From positions 96,001 through 160,000 of the forward strand of contig JBGARZ010000008.1 of the NCBI GenBank assembly GCA_044229975.1: DNA of 64,000 bases, written 5' to 3'. How positions within the stretch are numbered: the first letter of the stretch is position 1; each line of letters starts with the position of its first letter. This stretch comes from Polyangiales bacterium. GTDB lineage: Bacteria; Myxococcota_A; Polyangia; Polyangiales; Ga0077539. Both the position numbers and the translations under genes were made by a program. The notes below the pieces were generated by a model. The model searched no databases and had not been told where the DNA came from. It saw only the letters and a program-made list of their open reading frames with translations. Positions 57,025-64,000 of this stretch are shown here, one piece after another.

Positions 57025-57993
57025 ATGGGTACCTTCCGTCGCGCACTCGCTCTCTCCCTCTTCGCCGTCGCATGCAGCAGCGAGGTCGTCACCGTCGAGG
57101 ACCCCGGCTATGACGCCGGGAAGGCCGAGGACATCGTCGCTCCCACCGACCGTTCGCCCTTGGTCGATGCGGGCTCTCCCGCCGACGTCCCCGCCGCGCC
57201 CGTCGACGCGAGCGCTCCGATGGACGTTGGCACCGCCACTGTCGACGTCGTTCGGCCGCCCGTCGACGTCGCCGCACCCGGCGACTGCCGGAGCAACAGC
57301 GACTGCGACCGACGTAGCTTCTGCGCCTCCGACACCTGCGACGGACCGGGCCGCTGCGAGCCTCGCCCCGAGGGCTGCGCGACCGTGTACCTCCCCGTCT
57401 GCGGCTGCGACGGGCGCACCTACGGCAACACCTGCGAGGCCGCCGCCAGCGGAGCCCGTGTGCGCGACCGTGGCACCTGCGCGACGCCCCCCGACGCGGG
57501 CACACCGCGCGACGTGCCGACCATCGACAACGGCACGACACCGCGCGATGTCCCGACGACGGACACTGGCGTCACCCGCGACGTCCCGGCGATGGACACC
57601 GGCGCCGACGTCCCGGCCCGTGACTCGGGCATCGCGGCCGATGTTCAGCCCGGCGGGCGCTGCGTCACCAACGACGACTGCGGGTCGAGCACCCTGTACT
57701 GCGCGGGCGACCGCTGCGGCGCGGCGGGTACCTGCGCCATCCGACCGCGACTCTGCTCCACCCTCTACAGCCCCGTGTGCGGCTGCGACGGCGTCACCTA
57801 CAGCAACGAGTGCAACGCCGCGAGCGCCGGAGCGCGTGTGTCCGCCCGCGGCGCGTGCCTCACGACCCGCGACAGCGGCCTCTCGCGCTGCGCGCTCATC
57901 GACTGCCGCGCAGGACTGCTGTGCTGCGACAACCCCGGGTCGATCAACGACGGTCGTTGTTACGACCCGCTCTGCCTCGCCTGCTGCCGCTGA
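57025..57993 (+). CDS. Lipoprotein with two Kazal-type domains
   Basis: Lipobox AVAC; C..xYxPVCGCDGxTYxNxCxA twice; Asp-rich linkers. Confidence 0.85.
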   Translation: MGTFRRALALSLFAVACSSEVVTVEDPGYDAGKAEDIVAPTDRSPLVDAGSPADVPAAPVDASAPMDVGTATVDVVRPPVDVAAPGDCRSNSDCDRRSFCASDTCDGPGRCEPRPEGCATVYLPVCGCDGRTYGNTCEAAASGARVRDRGTCATPPDAGTPRDVPTIDNGTTPRDVPTTDTGVTRDVPAMDTGADVPARDSGIAADVQPGGRCVTNDDCGSSTLYCAGDRCGAAGTCAIRPRLCSTLYSPVCGCDGVTYSNECNAASAGARVSARGACLTTRDSGLSRCALIDCRAGLLCCDNPGSINDGRCYDPLCLACCR

Positions 57994-58054
57994 ACACGCG
58001 CCGCCACCGATCGTTGCCGCCGGTCTCCGGCCCGTGCTACCCGGTGGGCCTTCC

Positions 58055-59101
58055 ATGGGAGCGCCTTCGGTCCAGGGTTTTCGCTCGGTTCGCGGCCACG
58101 ACGCCGCTGTCGCGCTCCTGCGTCGTGCCATCGAGCAGGGCCGCGTCGCCAGCGCGTACCTCTTCGCGGGCCCGCAGGGCGTCGGCAAGGACCGCGTCGC
58201 CCTCGCCCTCGCCCAGGTCATGAACTGCACCGCGCGCCGCGACGGCGACGCGTGCGGCGAGTGCTCCCACTGTCGACACATCGCCGACGGGCAGTTCGTC
58301 GACCTGATGGTGCTCAAGCGCGAGTTTCGCGACTCGGTCTCCGCCCGCGACCGCGAGTCCGACGACCCCGACGAGAAGAAGCTCCGCATGGAGATCGTCG
58401 TCGACCAGATCGACGCCGTCGTGAGCCGCATGGCCTTCCGGCCCCACGAGGGCGGCACCCGCTGGGTGATCGTTCGCGAGGCTGATCGGCTCAACCCGAG
58501 CGCGGCCAACAAGCTCCTCAAGACCCTCGAAGAGCCGCCGGCCAACACGCACTTCGTGCTGCTCTCGCACCGCCCCTCGGCGCTGCTCCCCACCATCCGC
58601 TCGCGCTGCCAGACCGTGAACTTCGGCCTCCTCGACGAGGCCGACGTGCGCGCCATCCTCGCGGGCCTCGACCTCGCGCCCGACCACATCGCCGAGCTCC
58701 TGCCGCTCGCCGAGGGCAGCGTCGGCCGCGCCCTCGTCTATCAAGACCCCAAGCACCTCGCGGCCCGCAAGAAGCTCCTCGACGAGATGCTCGCCACGCT
58801 GCGCACCAGCGGGGTCGCCGTCGGCAGCTTCGTCGAGCTCGCCACCCGCTACAAAGACCCGCCCGAGAAGGCCGACCAGTTCGGCCGCGCCGCGCTCGAC
58901 GAGACCCTCGCGCTGCTCTACCGCCACCTCCGCAACGAGGCCGTCGCCGCCGCCACCAAGGCCGCGCGCCAGTCCATCGTCAACGCGCACCGCGCGGAGA
59001 TCGTTCGCGAGACCATGGAGCTGCTCGACGGGCCCACCAGCTTCAACGTCGGCATGCACCTGCAAGCGATGCTCGTGCGCCTCCGCGAGGTGCGCGCGTG
59101 A
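58055..59101 (+). CDS. holB: DNA polymerase III subunit delta'
   Basis: AYLFAGPQGVGK, CGECSHC, ANKLLKTLEEP and LLPTIRSRC; upstream of PSP1-metG-tatD. Confidence 0.92.
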   Translation: MGAPSVQGFRSVRGHDAAVALLRRAIEQGRVASAYLFAGPQGVGKDRVALALAQVMNCTARRDGDACGECSHCRHIADGQFVDLMVLKREFRDSVSARDRESDDPDEKKLRMEIVVDQIDAVVSRMAFRPHEGGTRWVIVREADRLNPSAANKLLKTLEEPPANTHFVLLSHRPSALLPTIRSRCQTVNFGLLDEADVRAILAGLDLAPDHIAELLPLAEGSVGRALVYQDPKHLAARKKLLDEMLATLRTSGVAVGSFVELATRYKDPPEKADQFGRAALDETLALLYRHLRNEAVAAATKAARQSIVNAHRAEIVRETMELLDGPTSFNVGMHLQAMLVRLREVRA

Positions 59102-60297
59102 GCGACCGCCGCCCGTCCCGCCGCCCGCCAGCGCCCGCGGGTGAGGCCAACCGCCCGTCGAAGGCGCCACCGCCGCCCGGTGCGCGTCCGTCGAAGGCGC
59201 CACCTCCGCCCGGTGCACGTCTCTCGCGACCGCCGCCCGCGCCCGGTGCGCGCCCGTCGAAGCCGCCGCCTCCCAACGCGCGCCCGTCGAAGGCACCGCC
59301 GCCACCTGCTCCGCGACCCGCGCCGCAGCCGCGAGCGCCGCAGCCGTCGACCGTCATCGTCGCCCCGCGCCGCGTGCATCTCCCGCTCGAAAGCCACGCG
59401 GCCGACGTCGACCCGTACGGCGAGCCCGACTTCCCCGACGACACCTCCTCGGGCCGCGCCGCCCTCATGAACGTCGTCCTCGTCCGCCTCCCCGACGCCC
59501 CGCGCGCCACGCTGGCCGACGCCGGGGCGCTGCTGCTGCGCAAGGGCGACACCGTGCTCCTCGAGATCGAGCGCAGCACCACGCTCGCGGTGGTGGCGTT
59601 TCCGTCGCGGCGGCAGCTCGTCGAGTCGCGGATGCTGCCACGCGTGCTGCGGCGCTCGGACGAGGGCGACCTGAAGGCCGAGACCCGCGCGCGCTTGAAG
59701 GAGGCCGAGGCGGTTCGCGCCGCGCACGGCATCGTGGCGACGCTCAAGCTGCCCGCGAAGGTGCTGCGCGCCGAGGTCGCCAACAACGGCCAGCGCGTGG
59801 TGGTGCACCTCTCCAGCGACGACCGCATCGAGCTGCGCGAGCTCGGTCGACAGCTCAACAACGCGCTGCGCACGCGCGTCGAGATCCGCCACGTCGGGGC
59901 GCGCGACGCCGCGAAGGCCGTCGGCGGCGTCGGCCCGTGCGGGCTCCAGCTGTGCTGCAACACCTTCCTCGCGGACTTCGCGCCGGTGTCCATCCGACAC
60001 GCCAAGGAGCAGGGCCTCGCGCTCAAGCCCGAGCGGGTGAGCGGCGTGTGCGGTCGGCTCATGTGCTGCCTCGTCTACGAAGACGCGTTCTACCGGTCGC
60101 AGCGCTCGCTCTTCCCCAAGCCGGGCAAGCGGGTGATGACCCCGAAGGGCGAAGGCCGCGTGCGCGACGTCGACGTGCTGGCCCGAACCGTTCGGGTGGC
60201 GCTCAACGACGCCGGGGTCGAGACGTTTTCCGTGGATGCGCTATCACTGGCGTCCCCCGCGACGGGCGACCCGTCCGCCGCGACTCCACACGACTGA
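59098..60297 (+). CDS. ricT: PSP1/RicT (YaaT) Fe-S regulatory protein with Pro-rich N-terminal extension
   Basis: GGVGPCGLQLCC, AKEQGL and SGVCGRLMCCLVYE; conserved synteny. Confidence 0.9.
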   Translation: MSDRRPSRRPPAPAGEANRPSKAPPPPGARPSKAPPPPGARLSRPPPAPGARPSKPPPPNARPSKAPPPPAPRPAPQPRAPQPSTVIVAPRRVHLPLESHAADVDPYGEPDFPDDTSSGRAALMNVVLVRLPDAPRATLADAGALLLRKGDTVLLEIERSTTLAVVAFPSRRQLVESRMLPRVLRRSDEGDLKAETRARLKEAEAVRAAHGIVATLKLPAKVLRAEVANNGQRVVVHLSSDDRIELRELGRQLNNALRTRVEIRHVGARDAAKAVGGVGPCGLQLCCNTFLADFAPVSIRHAKEQGLALKPERVSGVCGRLMCCLVYEDAFYRSQRSLFPKPGKRVMTPKGEGRVRDVDVLARTVRVALNDAGVETFSVDALSLASPATGDPSAATPHD

Positions 60298-60363
60298 CCC
60301 TTCTCCCTCCCTGAAGTGTCCCTCTCCCGATTCAGGCGGAGGGCTCTAGCGAAGACCCGTCCC

Positions 60364-62406
60364 ATGACCAAGCGCTTCTACGTCACGACGCCCATCTACT
60401 ACGTCAACGGGTCGCCCCACATCGGGCACGCGTACACGACCATCGTGGCCGACTCGCTCACGCGCTACCACCGGCTGCGCGGCGAGCGGTCGCGCTTCCT
60501 CACCGGCACCGACGAGCACGGGCAGAAGATCGAGCGCGAGGCCGCCAAGGCCGGCGTCGACCCGCGGGCCTTCGTCGACGACGTGAGCGGGCGCTTCCGC
60601 GAGCTGTGGCCGCAGCTCTCGGTGGAGCCCGACGACTTCATCCGCACCACCGAGCAGCGTCACGTCGAGAGGGTGCAGGCGTGGTGGCGCAAATGCCGCG
60701 ACGCGGGCGACCTCTACAAGGGCCATTACAAGGGCCCGTACTGCTACGGCTGCGAAGGCTACAAGACCGAGAAGGAACTCCTCCCCGGCAACCTCTGCCC
60801 CATCCACGAGCGCCCCGTGGAGATCCTCGAGACGGAGACCTGGTTCTTCCGCCTCACGAAGTACCAGGACCGGCTGCTCAAGCTCTACGAGGAGCACCCG
60901 GAGTTCGTGCTGCCCGAGACGCGGCGCAACGAGATCGTTTCGTTCGTCAGCTCGGGGCTCGAAGACCTCTCGCTGTCGCGCTCCAACTTCACCTGGGGCA
61001 TCCCCGTCCCTGACGACCCCGGGCACGTCATCTACGTCTGGTTCGACGCGCTCTTCAACTACCTGAGCGCGGTCGATACGCCTGAGTTGCGGGCGTTCTG
61101 GCCGGCGCAGGTGCAGCTCGTCGCCAAGGACATCGTGCGCTTCCATACGGTGTACTGGCCGGCCTTCCTGATGAGCGTGGGCGAGCCGTTGCCCACGACA
61201 GTGTGGGTTCACGGGTACCTGCTCTCGGGCGGTCGCAAGACCTCCAAGACCCCGGGGATGACCGCCGTGAAGACGCCGGGGACGACCGACCCGCGACGCA
61301 TCACCGCCGTGCTCGGCGCCGATGTGTTGCGCTTCTACCTCTTGCGCGAGGTGGGCTTCGGCCAGGACGGGGAGTTCTCCATCCCGGGCATCATCACCCG
61401 CGCTCGCGCCGAGCTCGGCGAGACCGTCGGCAACCTGCTCCATCGCGCGCTTCCCTTCGTGACGAAGTACTTCGAGGGGAAGGTTCCGGCGGTGGACGAG
61501 GCGCAGCTCACGGAGCTCGATCGGACGCTCCGCGCGAAGGTCACGGGCCTCGTCGCGGAGGTGGGTGCGGCGTGGGACGAGCTCGCCTTCCACCGGGCGT
61601 TGGAGCTCACCATCGAGACCGCGCGCGCGGCCAACAAGTACTTCGACGAGACCGCGCCGTGGAAGCTCGCCAAGGCGGGTGAGACCGCGCGCCTCGCGAC
61701 GGTGATCGCGCATGTGCTGGAGGTGGTTCGCACCACGGCGGTGCTGCTCTCGCCGGTGACGCCGACGAAGAGCCGCGAGCTGCTCGACCAGTTGGGCCTC
61801 GATGCGTTGACCGCACGCGAAGACGTCGACCAGTGGCCCACCACCTGGGGCGGCCTCGCGGCCGGAACGACCGTACGCCCCGGCCAACCCGTGTTTCCGA
61901 AGTACGACACCGCGACCGAAGCGGCCATGCTGGAGAGCCTCGACGTGCGCGAGGCAGAACCGACCCCGAAGAACGCGACCAAGACCATGAACACCGACGA
62001 GAAGACCACCGCCCCCGCGACCGATACTCCCGCCACTGCTCCCGCGGTTGCTGTTGCTGAGGAAGCTCCCGCGACCATCCAGTACGACGACTTCGCGAAG
62101 GTCGACCTCCGCGTCGGCAAGGTGCTCACCGCCGAGCGCATCCCGCGCAAGGACAAGCTCCTCAAGCTCTCCGTCGACCTCGGCGAGACCGCTGGGCCGC
62201 GCACCATCATCGCGGGCATCGCGCTGTCCTTCCCGGAGCCGACGGTGCTCGTGGGCAAGCAGGTGGTGGTCGTCGCCAACCTCGCGCCGCGCGACTTCGG
62301 CAAGGGCCTCGTGTCACACGGGATGCTCCTCGCCGCGGGCTCGTCGGAGGCGCTCTCGCTCGCCACCTTCGCCGACGATCGCCCCGCTGGCACCCGGGTG
62401 AAGTGA
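60364..62406 (+). CDS. metG: Methionyl-tRNA synthetase, MetRS1-like, with C-terminal Trbp111-like domain
   Basis: FYVTTPIYYVNGSPHIGHAY, GTDEHGQK, CYGC...CPIH, YVWFDAL, KDIVRFH and KTSKT; C-terminal DFAKVDLRVG..NLAPR. Confidence 0.95.
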   Translation: MTKRFYVTTPIYYVNGSPHIGHAYTTIVADSLTRYHRLRGERSRFLTGTDEHGQKIEREAAKAGVDPRAFVDDVSGRFRELWPQLSVEPDDFIRTTEQRHVERVQAWWRKCRDAGDLYKGHYKGPYCYGCEGYKTEKELLPGNLCPIHERPVEILETETWFFRLTKYQDRLLKLYEEHPEFVLPETRRNEIVSFVSSGLEDLSLSRSNFTWGIPVPDDPGHVIYVWFDALFNYLSAVDTPELRAFWPAQVQLVAKDIVRFHTVYWPAFLMSVGEPLPTTVWVHGYLLSGGRKTSKTPGMTAVKTPGTTDPRRITAVLGADVLRFYLLREVGFGQDGEFSIPGIITRARAELGETVGNLLHRALPFVTKYFEGKVPAVDEAQLTELDRTLRAKVTGLVAEVGAAWDELAFHRALELTIETARAANKYFDETAPWKLAKAGETARLATVIAHVLEVVRTTAVLLSPVTPTKSRELLDQLGLDALTAREDVDQWPTTWGGLAAGTTVRPGQPVFPKYDTATEAAMLESLDVREAEPTPKNATKTMNTDEKTTAPATDTPATAPAVAVAEEAPATIQYDDFAKVDLRVGKVLTAERIPRKDKLLKLSVDLGETAGPRTIIAGIALSFPEPTVLVGKQVVVVANLAPRDFGKGLVSHGMLLAAGSSEALSLATFADDRPAGTRVK

Positions 62407-63260
62407 TGTTCACCCCGACGCCGCTGCGACGCACGTACGCCGCGGCGTTGCGTGACCTCACCTCCAGCAAGCCCGCCGTCCGCGCCTCGGCCGCCGCCGA
62501 CCTGCTCTCGGTCGGGACCGACGAGCCGCGCGCCGCAGCCGACGCGCTCGCCCCGCTCCTCCGCGACGCCGACAGCTCCGTGCGCGCCGCGGCGCTCACC
62601 TCTCTCGGCGCCCTCGACGCGCGGCACCTGCTCGACGAGGTCGCCGCGCGCCTCGACGACGAGCACACCACCGTCCGCCAGATGGCCGCCGTCGCGCTCT
62701 CCGACCTCGGCGGCGACCGCGCCCTCGAAGCCCTCCGCGCCGCCCTCGATCACCGCCACGAAGACGTGCGCTACCAGGCGTTGCTGGGCATCGTTCGCGC
62801 GGCGCCGATGGAGGGATTCCACGCGGCGCTGAAGACCGTCGACGACGCCGATCCCTGGATCGCCTCCGAGAGCGCCGAGCAGCTCGGCTACCTCCTCGAC
62901 CCGACGCTCGACCCTCCGCTCGACCTATCCCCCGCCGACCGCGACCGCGCCCTCGCGACGCTGCGCCGCGCCTCCGACGACCGCTACACCGCCCGGGCCC
63001 GCGTGGGCGTGCTCGCGGCCATCGCCCTGGTGCGCGCGGGGGATGTCGGCGCCGTGGACATCGTCGCGTCCTTCGCGCGCGGTGAGCTCACCATCCCCGG
63101 CAAGGACGCCTCCGAGCTGCGGCTCGACGCCATCGACGCGCTCGGCGCCGCCCGCGACCACACCGAAGCTCGCGCCGTGCTGCAACGGCTCGCGCGCAGC
63201 ATCATCCCGACACCCGCCCGCGCCCACGCCCGCATCGCGCTGGGGGAGACGTCGTCGTGA
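62403..63260 (+). CDS. HEAT-repeat protein
   Basis: Repeated L.D....VR..AA..L(G/S) units; overlaps the metG stop. Confidence 0.85.
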   Translation: MMFTPTPLRRTYAAALRDLTSSKPAVRASAAADLLSVGTDEPRAAADALAPLLRDADSSVRAAALTSLGALDARHLLDEVAARLDDEHTTVRQMAAVALSDLGGDRALEALRAALDHRHEDVRYQALLGIVRAAPMEGFHAALKTVDDADPWIASESAEQLGYLLDPTLDPPLDLSPADRDRALATLRRASDDRYTARARVGVLAAIALVRAGDVGAVDIVASFARGELTIPGKDASELRLDAIDALGAARDHTEARAVLQRLARSIIPTPARAHARIALGETSS

Positions 63261-64000
63261 GCGTTCCCCTCGTCGACTCGCACTGTCACCTCGACTACGC
63301 CGCCTCGCCCGAGGAGCGCGCCGCCGTGCTCGCCCGCGGCCGCGCGGCGGGCATCGCGTGGTTCGTCACCGTCGGCGTCGGCCGCGGAACCGACGGCGCC
63401 CGCGACGCCATCGCCATCGCCGAGGCCGAAGCCGACGTGCGCGCGACGGCGGGCGTTCATCCCCACGACGCCGCGGAGTGCACCGACGGCACCGTCGCCG
63501 CGATGGAGGCGATGATCGCCCACGACAAGGTGCTGGCCGTCGGCGAGATCGGCCTCGACTACCACTACGACAACTCGCCGCGCGAGGTGCAGCAGCGGGT
63601 GTTTCGCCGCTTCGTGGCGCTGGCGAAGGCGGCGAAGAAGCCCATCGTGATCCATACGCGCGAGGCGGCGGCCGACACGCTGGCGATCCTGCGCGAGGAG
63701 GGCGCGCGCGACGTGGGCGGCGTCATCCACTGCTTCTCCGAAGACGAGACCTTCGCGCGCGCCGCGATGGACCTCGACTTCGACATCAGCTTGTCGGGCA
63801 TCGTGACCTTCAAGAAGGCCGAGGCCGTGCGCGCGGCGGCGAAGGTCATCCCCCTCGACCGGCTGATGATCGAGACCGACTCGCCGTACCTCGCGCCCAT
63901 CCCGATGCGGGGCAAGCCCAACGAGCCGTCGTACCTGGCGCACACCGCGCGGCAGCTCGCCGAGCTGCGCGGGATGCCCGAGGACGAGCTCCGGGCGCGC
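63257..64000 (+). CDS. tatD: TatD-family DNase, runs off the window edge
   Basis: Not in the ORF track. GTG at 63257 gives LVDSHCHLD, GVHPH, VGEIGLDY, VIHTRE, IHCFS and ETDSPYLAP. Confidence 0.93.
   Translation, partial: MSVPLVDSHCHLDYAASPEERAAVLARGRAAGIAWFVTVGVGRGTDGARDAIAIAEAEADVRATAGVHPHDAAECTDGTVAAMEAMIAHDKVLAVGEIGLDYHYDNSPREVQQRVFRRFVALAKAAKKPIVIHTREAAADTLAILREEGARDVGGVIHCFSEDETFARAAMDLDFDISLSGIVTFKKAEAVRAAAKVIPLDRLMIETDSPYLAPIPMRGKPNEPSYLAHTARQLAELRGMPEDELRAR

Overview
High-GC, gene-dense bacterial window, most consistent with a myxobacterium (Myxococcota, probably Polyangia). The supporting features are MYXO-CTERM-like tails, DUF2330 proteins, Cys-rich repeat lipoproteins, an FHA-sigma54 activator/Ser-Thr kinase/PEGA cluster, a CsgA-like SDR and a TraB-like OmpA protein. 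About 56 CDSs are called. Roughly a third are secreted or surface proteins with internal repeats; the rest include transporters, phospholipid enzymes, an RNB ribonuclease, a VapBC pair, asnB+GT4 and the conserved holB-PSP1/ricT-metG-tatD block. I saw no rRNA, tRNA, CRISPR array or transposase. Main observations: (1) three homologous ~240-280 bp intergenic perfect hairpins (REPIN/MITE-like) whose arms stay nearly identical within each locus, two of them flanked by repeated N6-GGACAC boxes; (2) two different methionyl-tRNA synthetases 8 kb apart, the operonic one with KMSKS changed to KTSKT plus a 24-bp tandem duplication; (3) a duplicated two-gene cassette bracketing a giant Cys-rich lipoprotein; (4) an Asp-periodic (DVP/DAG/DVV) linker beside the membrane anchor of a dozen unrelated surface proteins. 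Family assignments come from motifs recognised by eye, not from database searches, and start codons are my best estimates.
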